Shown: positions 11,673 to 25,234, counted from the whole stretch's first letter. The stretch: 63,031 nt of DNA, filler included, from Octopus bimaculoides (GCF_001194135.2; 7 parts of 6 records of this genome joined end to end with filler, not necessarily neighbours in it), one strand, 5' to 3'. Translations and numbers: made by a program. Notes: generated by a model not told the origin, from the letters alone.

Positions 11673-13846
11673 CTATATATATANNNNNNNNNNNNNNNNN
11701 NNNNNNNNNNNNNNNNNNNNNNNNNNNNNNNNNNNNNNNNNNNNNNNNNNNNNNNNNNNNNNNNNNNNNNNNNNNNNNNNNNNNNNNNNNNNNNNNNNNN
11801 NNNNNNNNNNNNNNNNNNNNNNNNNNNNNNNNNNNNNNNNNNNNNNNNNNNNNNNNNNNNNNNNNNNNNNNNNNNNNNNNNNNNNNNNNNNNNNNNNNNN
11901 NNNNNNNNNNNNNNNNNNNNNNNNNNNNNNNNNNNNNNNNNNNNNNNNNNNNNNNNNNNNNNNNNNNNNNNNNNNNNNNNNNNNNNNNNNNNNNNNNNNN
12001 NNNNNNNNNNNNNNNNNNNNNNNNNNNNNAAAAAAAAAAAAAAAAAAAAAAAAAAGAATCAGCCCAGGTCTTATCTCAAAGTCGGGCTTCCCAAGTCTTG
12101 CACTAAATAACATTCTGTTCTTGAAACAAGCGCTACTGAAATCGAGGTGCGTCAAATATGATTGACAAAAAAATGTCTGTATGACTGTTTGTCTCCATAC
12201 AAATATACATACGGGCGTTCATTCAATAGATATAGATTTCTGCCAACAAAGATAATAATATGTATATATGTAGTGACTCATATATATTTATATACCCAAC
12301 TCTCTCTTGACATAGTCTATTAACGTGTAATCTGTGTCATTTTCTAAACATTAAATGTACCTTAACGTAATTTAACTGTTACCTGTGCTCTGGTTGTTTT
12401 GAGACGTAAAAACCTTACAACACATTACAATACGAATGCATTGTCATTTGGTGTTACTGTTCCCCTGATTTGGGAATTAGGTTGGAAATTGTGATACGAG
12501 GCAGATCTATGGGTTGTATGGTAGATCTATTAGTGCCGAAACCTCAAACCTGTGGGCTAAATACTGCGAGCTGCATGATAAACGTATTTTTGCTGTGTTT
12601 GACAATGTTTCGGTATTAGTACATGACGTCAGTAATGGATAAGTGAGTACGTGTTTGTTTAGCTCCGCTGAGCAGATAGCAGCCAGTGTTATACGCTCAC
12701 TCGTGACGCCATAGGCTTTTACCGAAATATTACCTTTATACACACACACACACATATATATATTAGGACTGTGGTCACGTTGAGACATCCACTGCGTTCA
12801 CTTCAATTGGACTTCATTTGTCAACTAGCTAAGTTACGGGACACCATAAAACGGCACACGTACACACACGCATGCACACGCACGCACACACACACACACA
12901 CACACACGTGTGGTGTGTGTGTAATGGAAAGCTTTATTGTTTAAAAAACAAACTGCCAAGAATTTACAGGACGGGGGGCAAAAAAAATTTCTTTCATGAA
13001 TGTTTAATAAAAAAGATTAGACTAGAAAAGGAATTCAAGAACATTTGGCAACTTTGTCAGTAATAGAGATCCGGGTGGATATCGGGTGCGTCGAAGTCAA
13101 GGAAAAACGGAAAGGTAAAACATATGTTGAATGAATGAATGAACGAATGAGTGAGTGAGTGAATGAATGAGTGAGAATAGAAAGACAAAGCGAAAAAGAA
13201 AATAGAGAGAAAGAGAGGAAAAAAGAAAGGAAAGAGAGGGGGGGAGAAAACTGAATGAAATGTGTTGAGTCAGTTTGGCAAGTTGTTTTAAAGCTATTTT
13301 CTCAACAAGTTATCACGTTATTTAAGAGAAGAACAAACCATTGTAGAATCTCAAATTCCTCCTTCTGAAAGAATCTAAAAGTTTATCATTCGGTTAGAAA
13401 TTAATGTCAGAAGTAGCTTGGTAGTTTTATATATATGTGTGTATGTGTGTGTAATCTACTGTTTAAGTGTTCGATATCGGCTAGGTTAAGGTGGTGATGG
13501 GGGGGGGGCCGAGATGTATATTCGACAAATGAAAGATGCTAAGAAAAGAAATGTTGGAGGGAAGTGTAGTGGAATTTGGAGGGGGGGGCAGGGGATAGAT
13601 GGTGAAAAGAGGAAGAAAGGAAGTTTTTGTCAACGGGAGTTAAAGGCAGAGAGAATATACATACATATATACATACAAATAATATATGAGTAAATGCATA
13701 TATACGTACATGTATGTATATACCTACATCTACATGTATATATAGATGCATATCTGGGTACAGGACGACACATACATATATGTGTTTTATATACACACAC
13801 ACGTATCTCCCCCCCTTTCTCTTTTCACTCCCTCTATGCACATATT

Positions 13847-13883
<37 letters not shown>

Positions 13884-14402
13884 NNNNNNNNNNNNNNNNN
13901 NNNNNNNNNNNNNNNNNNNNNNNNNNNNNNNNNNNNNNNNNNNNNNNNNNNNNNNNNNNNNNNNNNNNNNNNNNNNNNNNNNNNNNNNNNNNNNATATAT
14001 ATGTACACACACACACATACACACAAGCATGTGTATGTGTTCTGTTCCAGCATGGCCGCAGCCGCATCTGAAACGTATATCACAGTCTTCCCCTCTTTAT
14101 CTATCTATCTATCTATCCATCCATCCATCCATCCATCTCTCTCACTCTCTCTCTCCTAATTGTCAATACTGCTTCCGTGTAACCAGCCAACCAGCCGACC
14201 TACCGGCCCACCAGCCGGCCAGCACTTGCTCGATGTTAAGAGTTTAAAACTTCTTGTGTTCGTGTGTTTGGCTCCACATTTTTTTATATTTATAACCACT
14301 TTCTTTCTCTTTGCTGCTTGCCGAGCCAGCTACCCTTGTTGGTTGGGTCGAGCACTTCCCTGTGACAGACAAGATTCACTCCCCGAGGGGAGAAATTTGG
14401 TT

Positions 14403-14434
<32 letters not shown>

Positions 14435-14516
14435 GCGCGCACACACACATACATACATACATACATACATACACATATATAAGTAAATGACGTGAAAATC
14501 TAATTAACTATTATAC

Positions 14517-14548
<32 letters not shown>

Positions 14549-15888
14549 AAACCACAAACCACTGTAGCCTCGTCCCATGACAGCTAGTAATCCGAAACTT
14601 CGAAGTCACTGTGGACTTTTTCCTTGTAAAAAAATTCGTAAAAATAAATATATACTTCACTAAAAAAAATGCTTTAATTGGTCTTTCTGTTTAATGTTAA
14701 AATAAGATTTTATATATAACTTGACATAAAAGCACACACACACACCACACATACACAACACATATACACTTATATATAATTATCTATTGTATGTACGTAC
14801 CTATGTATGTATGTATGTATGTATGTATGTACGTACGTATAAATATATATACATACACAGACACTATCTCGAAATAGAGATAGATAGATAGATAGATAGA
14901 TAGACAAGTGAGTAGATTCTTTTTGTCTCTCTCTCTCTCTTGGTATGTATGTATGAGCACACAAACACACCTATATAATAATTAAAAGTCAATTAATACA
15001 TCCATTGTTAAAAAAGGATTCAATATTTTGCCGCTGGAGTTAAGTGCGCGCGTGAGTCTCTGTAAGCGTGTGCGCGCGAGTGCATGTGTTTAGAATGCGT
15101 GCGTGCGTGTGTAAGTGCGCGTGCGTGTATGCGTGTGTGTGTGTGTTTAGTTTCCTCGTTCATTGATAAAACAGTTGTCTGTTAGTAACCTTAGTCACCT
15201 TCCAAACAAGCTGAACGAAGGAGTCTCTACGCGATCACGCCAGCTTGTAGAAATAGCAGCCAAAATCTTCCTTCAAACCAAAGTCTATCGTTTCGGAATA
15301 CAGACACAGCACATAATGTCGTTCTTAGTATACAAAATCACACGGCAGATACACACAAAAAATACAGGATGGTCGCGGTTGGAATATGCTTGATCACAGG
15401 TCTGCTTGATTAGGTCTGAACTGGATTTAAACAAAATTCACCGTAAAAACCCTACTTGCGCGGGTCTTTTCACACTTTGCCTTTTTCCGCCCTTTAAATC
15501 AACAATTCTCGGGATAAAAAGAAATAATAATAAGAAGAATTCTATATACTTCCTATTTCTGGCGAAAACACACGGACACACACACAACATTTGGTTGAAA
15601 CAATCAGCAGCGGCGACTGAGGGGAAAAACAGAAAGAAGGCCAAACCGGCTGTAACTGAGAGCTGTTGATTTGGGAGTTTTCTTCCTCGGGGAATTTGCT
15701 GGTAGGGAGACGTGCCTCCTTCTTGTAGAACTGGAATAATATTTCCTAATATCCATCGTCTTTTAAAAAGCCGGTATATATATGTATATATATATATATA
15801 TGTGTGTGTGTCTGTGTGTTTACAATATTTTTATGTTGTGAGGAGTGAGAAAGAGAGAGAGAGAGATAGAGGAAGGAAGAATGTTGTG

Positions 15889-15938
<50 letters not shown>

Positions 15939-16743
15939 GTAGTCACGCCTCCAACAGGGTTCTCTGTTTACTGGGTGGTGTCAGTGCTAAAACACTGTGC
16001 CAATGTGTAAAAACAGGAACTGGACTGATTCCGTTCTGCAGAAGCTTCGAGGAGGGTAAGGAGAGTGAAAGAGAGAGAGAAAAAAAAGAGAGATAGGGAG
16101 AGATAGATAGATAGAGACAGAGAGAGAGAAGGATAAAGAAAGAAAAGGAGAGAGAGAGAGAGGGGGGAGTTGCTGATAACTAAATTCGTTCCGAAAAACG
16201 TATGAGATTAGAGCAACAAAAAAACGGTTCTTTCTCTGGCCAAAAGCACACGACCTTCCAGCTGATTGTCGAGAATTCTTCTCCTTGTTCACGGGCAACA
16301 ATTCACGAACGACTCCTTCCTTCCACCACTACCGCCACCGTCACTTGGGTCATCGATATAGTTATTCATTTTCATCTCGATCAGGACAAACTACTATCGA
16401 CCACAAACCACTCCGTTGTTTACTACTAGCACGAGTTATCTTATGATTGTTTACATCATATTCTTAGTCCCAGATACGCATTCTCGCGAACAGCAGGTGA
16501 TCGAACTGGTTTATTAACCGTTGATTGGAAACTGGACATTTTACACAGGAAACAAGAAAGAAAAAAGAAAACACCGAACACCCTTGCCGAACGTTTGCTA
16601 TCTCTTCATGTCAAAGATAAACTGGATGGATTCTTAACCATTCCGTACCACGGTGAATTTTCACTTATTTATTTTTTTTAACCAAACAGTTTTAATATAA
16701 CAACACGCAAAAATAGATAATTTTTTGAGTTTTTATTAAAAAG

Positions 16744-17125
16744 ATGTCGAGTTTAAGTGGAGTTGGCGTCGTGTGGGCATTCCTGTCGTTTGTGGCATCG
16801 GCCGCGGCCAGTGTTGGACTTTACATGCCGTTTTGGCTGGAGGGCAAGACAAAGGGATCGGTCCCCGTGTATTTCGGATTGTTCAGGAGATGTAACTATC
16901 CGACCCTTTCTAGTTCAGGATCAATTATTATTGTCGAAGAGTGTGGACGTTACACAACTTTCATGGACATACCCAGCCTTGCCTCACAGATAGCTACCAT
17001 CACCATCGGGACTGGGTGTGGTGTTGCTGTTATCGTCTCTCTTACCGCTCTCATGGCACTTTGTGTTAGCGATCTTATATCGGAAAAACTTGCCAAAATT
17101 GCTGGAATCGTACAATTTGTTGCAG
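16744..17125 (+). CDS. LHFPL6: LHFPL6/LHFP-like tetraspan protein, first coding exon (partial gene)
   Basis: MSSLSGVGVVWAFLSF...MPFWL...FGLFRRCNYP...EECGRY...IPS...G.GC...ALMALCVSDLIS...AGIVQFVAG closely matches vertebrate LHFPL6 as recalled. Donor GCAG|GTAAGT at 17125/17126 (phase 1). Later exons not found. Confidence 0.92.
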
Positions 17126-17615
17126 GTAAGTTTAAAATAAAATAAATAACAAAAAAAACAACCTCTGTTGCAACTCATCGGCTTTTTTTTTTTTTGCTAT
17201 CGCTTACATCAAATTTTATATTTCTCTATCTGTCAGCTTTATCTCTCCTTCAATATACATCTGTCAATCTCTCTAGTCATTTGTACATATACGCGCGATC
17301 TATATACACTCACGCACACACACGTGTATAGAGATAAAGCGGTGCTCCACTATATGGCCATGGCTGAGATGGGAAAACAAACTAAATGCGCGCGCGTGTA
17401 TATGTGGGTATGCATCTATGTACATGTGTATGTATGTGCATTATATAAATTTGTAAATATGTGTGTGTGCATGTGTATACACACAGGCGCGTGTAATGTG
17501 GCCATGCGTTTATATACATGTATATATTATATAAAGGTGTACAAGTGTATGAGTGCTGGTATGTATGCGTTTGTGTGTATGTAATGTATGTCAACGTGTG
17601 TATACATATGTAAGT

Positions 17616-17653
<38 letters not shown>

Positions 17654-17704
17654 GCGTGTCTGCTTGTATGTGCGTGTATGTACACACTTCTGAAGGAATG
17701 CCGC

Positions 17705-17737
<33 letters not shown>

Positions 17738-19424
17738 GTGTTGACATATATGTATGTTGATAAGCATGTATGTGTTTGTAATGTCTGTATATGTTAATAT
17801 GTGCGTGTGTGTGTATGTACACCTATATTGCTCAAGGTGTTTCCTTAAGGCTGCGTTTAAACATGTTTAATGTTTGAAAAACCCGACACAGAACACATGG
17901 TACTTACACACACATACATACAGACACCTTTACTGATACACACACACACAGACACACAAACGTACAGACCGAGACACACTTACACACAGGCCTACATACG
18001 CAGACATACAGGTTTACACACACACATACACACAGACCTGCACACAGATCTACAAACACACACACACACACACTTATAGACCTATACAGGAACATGTATA
18101 CACACACACACAAACTCATACTTACAAACCGACATTCACACACACTTACAGACCTACACAGACGGACACACGCACACGCATAGACCTACACGGCACACAC
18201 TCACATACAAACACAATTACAAACCCGCACGCACGCATAAACTTATATACACACACGGACCTACACACAGATACAGACAGACGTTCTTACACTCACTCAC
18301 AAACCAACAACATACACAATTGCAAACCCGCACGCACACATAAACTTATATACATACAGACATACATACACTGACAATTACAGACCTACACACATACACA
18401 CAAACTTATAGACATACGCACTTACAAACCTACATATTGACATACTCAATAAACCTACATACACCGACAATTACAAACCTACATTCACACACACACACAA
18501 ACTTTCCTCCATACATACATCTTTAAGGTTATGGACATATTATGAATGCAATCCCAACGCTTGGAATCGATTGTCTTGTCACACCTCGTTCTTTGTTCTT
18601 CAACAATATTTCTTGTGGCCTCGAGGAGAACTGATAGATTATTCCAGGTTAAAATCTTTATTTTTATTATTTCTATTATAAAATTCTGACGCCAGTCGAA
18701 TATTCAATATAGCCATTAATTCCGTCCCTTCAGGGGGTCGCTTTCATTAAATTCCATTGACATCTTAATAAAATATTAAATCGCCCGCAGTACTTAACTG
18801 GCACACTACTTTTATCGACCCCAGAAGGGGAAGGTTGAAAGATAGGATTTGAACTCGGAACGTAAAGGCCCGTTAATTAAATACCGCAAGCATTAGATTA
18901 TTATATTCGACGCCCCTTCGTAATTCTGCCAGCTCACCTACCCACCGTTCTGACAATATATTGAGGTTGGAACCATCGTCTTAGACAGGCATAGACTTCC
19001 TGCGGCCCGCGGGACTTTCTGAATGGCACGTTTGAATGAAAAATTATATTGAAATCTTTTTACAAGTGCTACCCACTTGATGGTGATCCATGTCTCATGC
19101 GGCCCGCTTCTCGAAAAAGTTTGTCCATGCCTGATTAAAGACATAAACTTACTATTGACTTGCCTCCAATGAATCTCAGACGCCGGGTGGAATCTTTCGT
19201 CGGGCTTTTGTTTATATATCGTTGTTGCTTTAGTAATAATCACATGGAAGCCGGGCAGGGGAGGGTGGATATCTAGTACTGTCATTTCTTTACGAGTTCG
19301 AATTCATGATCAGATAATATAGACTGTACCTGTGATATACTGAGGCCAGTTTTACCAAAAGCCAGCATCTGCTTTCTTTTCTGCCACCCTCTCCCCGTGT
19401 CCCAGCATTTCTTCAAAGTCTTAG

Positions 19425-19730
19425 CATTCTGAATTCATATTCCGCTGAGGTCGACTTTGCTTTTTATCCTTTTTAGGTCGATAAAGTAAGTTCCAGTTAA
19501 GAACTGGGGTCTAATCGACTATCCCCCCTCTCCCAAAATTCCAGGCCTTGTGCTTATGTTAGAAAGAGTTTCTTTTTCCATGCAGAGAAAATGCTTAGCA
19601 GTATTTCTTCCGACTCTTTAAGTTCTGAGTTCAAATTCCGCTGAGGTCGACTTTGCCGTTCATCCTCTCAGGGTCGATAAAATAAGTACCAGTTGAGCAC
19701 TGGAAGTCAATATAATCGACTTAACCTTAC
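19425..19730 (+). mobile_element. Two tandem family B SINE fragments
   Basis: Two copies of TTCTGA(G)TTCA(A)ATTCCGCTGAGGTCGACTTTGC...GTCGATAAA. Confidence 0.65.
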
Positions 19731-21057
19731 TTCTTAAATAACTTTATATCAAAATTCGAAACCATTATTTTATTTTATTTTATTTTATTTCAATGGAGAA
19801 GAAAGCACCCTTTCTTTTTCCATTGCTCCCTTTCGAGGTCTCTGTCATTGGCAAAGATGGAGCAACAAATCTCAGACCAGGCTGGTCCCCGATCCGATTG
19901 CTTTACAACAGGGCAACGTCTGCGAAAAACTACCAAAGCATTAGGGTGGGTGCTATTAAACCTGGCAACGAATGAAATCGTCCACTTCTTCAATGGTTAC
20001 GTACCCCGCCAAAATAAATACTTGTTGCTCACCAGACAGGATGCTTGTGGCCAGTGTCCCTCCATCTATTTTGTACTCTTGAAATTTATGATGTATTTCA
20101 GATAAGTTGAAAAACAAAATGTTTTGCTAATCATAACTTGAGTGGAATTATGAATAAACAACACGTTTTCTCAGAAAGTTTTTCAAGACGTCCAAGTATG
20201 GATTTTCTATATATAAACTTGAATAATGTTTTTTAAATATCTTTGGCGCACCTAAATATATCCTCTGCGGTGTGTTTGTGCACAGTGTTTATTTTTAAAC
20301 AATCCTTAAAGCATGTCGATATATCCCTTGTGGTGCATCTGAGTACAGTGTACGTTTTTTTTTAAAAATCAGCAGAAATGTTCCTTGCGAGGCATTTGTG
20401 GCACGGTGGGTGGTATATCGTTTGGGAGTCACTACTTTAAGGTACTCCTTCCGAATTTCTCATCGTTGAAACATTACTCTTGTTTGGCCTGCTACAAATA
20501 ACAAAAGGGCCAAGAATTGGACGGGAGTTTTCCCTTCATATAACAGGAATTAGAGATTCTAAAAACAAAATCTTATATTCCATAATTTCGTTTTTTTACA
20601 ATTTGGCCTCTCCCGTCAATTCTGCGTCTTTCCCCTTTAGCGTAGCGAGGGAAGGCGAAGGGGGCGACCCACTTCTATAAGGGTAGCCCTGTTGCGGATA
20701 CTATATAAACCTGTATAGGCTTGGGAGGCCCGGGATGGGGTACGACAAGTTCAAGTGGTGTTGCGGGATTGCACACGCTCTAGCTACGCCACTGCCCATG
20801 GGGAAGTGTTTGCTGTTCAAAAATTCCGATGAAATAACAGCCAACTTTCCCTCAAATTACAATATGCCATAAAAAAGAAAATAATGCATTGAACATTGTA
20901 GTGCTCAATATAGAAAAGGCGGGATGGTCTCGGCTGGAAGCCCTGGTCGTTGATTTGATTGTCTTGTTACTCGTACGGATGGATGGATAGATGGATGTTA
21001 CATGGGTAGATGGATGAATAGATGGATGTTGAAAGAGAGAGAGAGAGAGAGAGAAGC

Positions 21058-21356
21058 GCAAGTGTGGCTGTGTGGTAAGAAGTTTGCTTCCCAGCCATTT
21101 GATTCCGAGTTCAGTCCTACTGTGTAACACATTGGGCAAGTGTCTTCTGCTATAGTCTCGGACCGACTAAAACCTTGTGAGTGGATTTGGTAGACGGAAA
21201 CTGAAAGAAGCCCGTCGTACACAAACACACACACACACACACGTATGTATGTGTGTATGTGAGTGTCTCTGACCATCGTTTGACAACCGGTGTTGGTTTG
21301 TTTAAGTCCCCGCAATTTGATGGTTCGACAAAAGGAGACCGACAGAATAAGTATCA
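21058..21356 (+). mobile_element. Family A SINE, cut by an assembly join
   Basis: GTGGCTGTGTGGTAAG head, GGGCAAGTGTCTTCTGCTATAG, CA spacer and start of the 3' module. Confidence 0.8.
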
Positions 21357-21456
21357 NNNNNNNNNNNNNNNNNNNNNNNNNNNNNNNNNNNNNNNNNNNN
21401 TTAATTAATTAANNNNNNNNNNNNNNNNNNNNNNNNNNNNNNNNNNNNNNNNNNNN
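21357..21456. other. Artificial 100-bp join spacer (also 28867-28966, 34765-34864, 38638-38737, 49661-49760, 59335-59434)
   Basis: All six are exactly 44 N + TTAATTAATTAA + 44 N. The 12-mer encodes stops in all six frames. Confidence 0.95.
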
Positions 21457-21746
21457 CCATTGGTATATCAAAATAATCTCTGGTATCTTTTCTAGCCCAC
21501 AATTTATTATATATTTAATCAATGATTTCCTAGCCATTTTAACTACATTAATATCAATATTAATATTGATAATAACGATATAGATTAATGTAAATTCAAA
21601 ACAGAACTACATAGACATGTATATAAATGCAGGACGCCTCCTTACTGAAAATCTTCAGTTATATGTATATGTGTGAGTGTGTGTGTGTGTGTGTTTATGT
21701 ATATGGTGTGTATGTGTATGTGTGTGTGTGGATGTGCTCATGTTCG

Positions 21747-21813
<67 letters not shown>

Positions 21814-22049
21814 CGTGTGTGGACAGAACAAAATCTCTGCTACAATCTCTTAAGCTCTATTCAATGACTTCGATAGAAAAAAGGAACGATGCACACACAA
21901 GCAATCAATTAATTAATAATCCCCTGATTGATCGATATCTAGAAAATTAAAGTCAATATAAAAAAAGAAAAATCTTAAAGCACAAAATAATAATAACAAC
22001 ACAGTTAATATAAGAATAAGATGTGCATAAATACTTACTAACTATGCGC

Positions 22050-22260
22050 ATCGTGGCTTAGTGGTTAGGGTGTCAGCATCATGATCGTAAGATTGTGGTT
22101 TCGATTCCTCGACCGGGCGACGCGTTGTGTTTTTGAGCAAAACACTTCATTTCACGTTGCTCCAGTCCACTCAGCTGGGGAACACATATGCTATTGAAAC
22201 TGGGAAACCGGGCCCATGAGCCTGGCTAGGATTTAAAAGGGCGCATTTATTTTATTTTTT
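22050..22260 (+). mobile_element. CORE-like tRNA SINE (family C) with 11-bp TSD
   Basis: TSD TAACTATGCGC at 22039-22049 and 22261-22271. Near-identical to 46806-47068 apart from a 45-bp deletion. Confidence 0.85.
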
Positions 22261-22367
22261 TAACTATGCGCTTACACACAAACATACATGGCATGCATCC
22301 CTATGTACCATATCCAGATAAACACACACATTTATGTGTGTGCGTGTGCATATTCATATATATATGT

Positions 22368-22411
<44 letters not shown>

Positions 22412-23139
22412 CACCTGATATATATATATATGCCATATACATACATGCACACATACACACGCATACATATATACATGAGTGCGACCCCTGAGAATGGGTC
22501 TACACAAATAGCATATGTATTAAGGATTAGGATAACCCCGGGAGTGCAAATTACGGCAACCCTGAAACACTTTCAGTTTTTACGTCCAACAAAATACTAA
22601 GTGAGTAGGATAACAAATGGAAGTATAATTATAGAATAAAATCAAGTTGGATATGGATTTCAGAATTTTATTTAGTCTATTCAGAAACTGGATAATTGCC
22701 AGTTTTTTTGGAATTCTGATTGTTTACATGTTTCATTAGTAAAGCACTTTTCATATTGGTTTGAGATCAGATGGCCCTAAGTAGCAGTTTTGTTTTTGAT
22801 CAGACCATTTCCCTCCAGAAATAATTCATAAAACACGAAATGTCAGTTTCCTGGTTTTGAGTGCATTCTCCAAGAAGAAAAGTTATTCTATGTGATGAAC
22901 CAAATTAATTTTGTATTTTCAAACAGTTTTTAAAAGTCAAATTAGAATTCACAAACTGAGAAACATATTTATTTTGAGTGAAATGACGTTAGAAAAACGG
23001 TCCATGTCGCAATCAAATTACAAAGGTGGCAAAACAAGGCTAGTGTTGAGGAAAAACGATATTTTGGTGTGAGGTGTATCAAAAGCTGGTAGAAAGATGA
23101 GAATTTGTGAATTCCAGGAGAATTCGGAAGCTGAAGATC

Positions 23140-24400
23140 AGTTTATCTGTTAATGGAAAGACGGGCGGGTGGAAGATGAGAGGGCGAGAGTGAATACGCT
23201 TTGTAGGTATGCGTAAAGAGGGTAAGAGAGAGGGAACACGATCGGTGACCTGGGTCTCGAGGAGTGCAGAAGCTAAAGTTGATTAAAGTTGCCTTCTTTT
23301 CAGGAAGAATTGGCACATTCTTTCGCTTTGGAATTCGAAATGCCGCAGAGCCGGCGAAGGAGAAGGAATTCAGAGAATAGCATGGCAGATTGAGTGTGTT
23401 CGGGGTAAGATGAGTAGTGTAGATATGAGTGAGAGTCAGTAGGCTTAAAATGGACAGAGGCGGACAGGCGGACATTGTTTAAATTGATGCAAGTATCAAG
23501 AAAATTAACAATTACTGGCGACAACGGTGGTAAATTCCAAGGTGAGTAAAAGGTGTTAAAGAAAGACAAAATTATAGAGTTGTTGTCTGGTAAGGGTGGT
23601 GGCACAGTTGTCAATATAATCACCTCACAGCTCTGGAAAGGATTTGGTGGGTCGGGTAAAGATATGCGCTTCAATGCGGCCTACAAGGAGAGTGGTATAA
23701 TTGGGCCCATCTCAGTTCCTGTCGTGACCCTGCTGGTTTGTTTGTAAAATTCCCCAGGAAAAGGAAATCAATTGAGGGTTAGAATGAGCTCAGCTAGGCA
23801 GATATGTGCTGTAGCGCTGGGTAACGTAGATTACGACGATCTAGAAAGTGCTTAATGGTTGATAGCCGTCGTTAGGGAAGATGACGGTGTAGAGTGATTT
23901 AATGCCCACTGCAAAAAGAGTTTGAACTTACCAAGCGGAAAAGTCAACGAGCTGAAGGGGGTTAGGGCATGTATGTCTCTTTAATGTGTAAGGGTAAAGC
24001 AGCAACGCGAGGTGATATTTTGTTAAGAAACGATCAATAGGGCAGTTACAATTTGAGATGAAAGGGCGGCCGTCATTGTCAGGTCAGCGAAGTAGACAGT
24101 AGAGGTTCGGAGTGTGCTTACAATGAAGTTCGTGGCAGAGGGTAGTAGTGAGTTGGAAGCGATAAGTTCATGAACAGTAGTGGACACTAGCTTCTGGCTG
24201 TGGCTGTTGAGATCTTTTGATATCTTGATGTAGAATAAAGAGTCACTGAGTTGGTGGAATGAATCTTGCATGTGCAGGTCGGTTCGCCAAACGACCGGTT
24301 TGATAACGATATCTGGTCATTTGCCGAGGGTGTTGAACTCCGAAGGCATAGAGTTCCAATGGTTCGATTCTCTTAGTTGTTTCTTGAAGTGAAGACACCA
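23140..24400 (-). mobile_element. Penelope-like retroelement RT fragment (decayed)
   Basis: Minus-strand peptides PDIVIKP-VVWRTDLHMQDSFHQLSD, FPGEFYKQTSRVTTGTEMGP and VNFLDTCI...FKPTDSHSYLHYSS..H...FSEFLLLRRLC are PLE RT/thumb motifs. Many stops and frameshifts. Confidence 0.85.
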
Positions 24401-24453
24401 AAATCGAAACTTCACTGATCTCAAAAAAGTGTAAACAAGCAATAATAAATCTC

Positions 24454-24918
24454 TGAACGAGGTATAAACAGTAGCAGCACGAAAACGTGAAGTATATTTG
24501 CCACTTAAATGTGGCTAACCCCTAAGGGTGAATGCTACTGTAGCTTGTAGCCCCAGGAGAACATCTCCTCCAGCTGTCTATTGACACACTTTCTGTGCCC
24601 TGAATTTTCGTCACTGCAAAAAAGATATATGTATTTGTATTGGGAGCCCTTCGCATCGAAGATCGGTGATTGTCGTACGCTGACGATGGGTAAATACCCA
24701 GAAACCCGGGTCCGTGTGTATCACGTCAGATCGACGATGGGGAGGATGACTTCCCTTTGTAAATACCGACAGGAAACAGAAAGTGTGTCAATAGCCAGCT
24801 GGAGGAGATGTTCTCCTGGGGCTACAAGCTACAGTAGCATTCGCCCTTAGGGGTTAGCCACATTTAAGTGGCAAATATACTTCACGTTGTCGTGCTGCTA
24901 CTGTTTATACCTCGTTCA
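24454..24918. repeat. 143-bp inverted repeat (3 mismatches) around a 179-bp spacer
   Basis: 24454-24596 versus the reverse complement of 24776-24918. The right arm runs into an N gap. Confidence 0.95.
24666..24724 (+). ncRNA. Type I hammerhead ribozyme, intact catalytic core
   Basis: CTGACGA 24680-86; stem II TGGGT/ACCCA with AAAT loop; GAAA 24701-04; palindromic stem III ACCCGGGT; GUC triplet with cleavage after 24712. Stem I CGTACG 24674-79 pairs with CGTGTG 24713-18 (two G-U), with distal GTGAT/ATCAC. Confidence 0.85.
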
Positions 24919-25015
24919 NNNNNNNNNNNNNNNNNNNNNNNNNNNNNNNNNNNNNNNNNNNNNNNNNNNNNNNNNNNNNNNNNNNNNNNNNNNNNNATAT
25001 ATATATATATATATA

Positions 25016-25234
25016 TACAAGGTGTACTGAAACGTTCCTAGATTTGGATAAAAGAAAATACAAGAGAATCAGTTAATTATGATTTTATTCAACATAATCC
25101 CTTCTCAGATCCACACACTTACTGCAGCAGTCCTTCAGTTTTTCTAAGTCCTATAAAAGAATTCGGAAGGTTGGGACACAGACCACTCTTTTTGTGATAC
25201 CTTGAAAGCTAGGAACTTCCAGCTTATCCTCGTA
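25016..25234. mobile_element. Mariner-like non-autonomous element
   Basis: Imperfect TIRs (TACAAGGTGTACTGAAACGTTCCTAG versus reverse-complemented TACGAGGATAAGCTGGAAGTTCCTAG), with TA at both ends. Confidence 0.5.

Noticed and set aside
12030-12055. Poly(A) run as a retrocopy tail
   Set aside because: The upstream side is an N gap, so no gene body or TSD can be assessed.
15000-16740. CpG-richer region as the LHFPL6 promoter
   Set aside because: Plausible, but no TSS evidence or definable core motif can be supported.
18540-18700. Possible Penelope-like relic on the minus strand (ITLKD motif)
   Set aside because: Only one short motif is recognisable, too little to call.
20775-20795. TCTAGCTACGCCACTG as a DNA-transposon TIR
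   Set aside because: No matching partner end was found within the segment.
24338-24420. GTGAAGA...GAAAC as another hammerhead
   Set aside because: C3 is missing, the stems do not pair, and it overlaps the antisense PLE coding relic.
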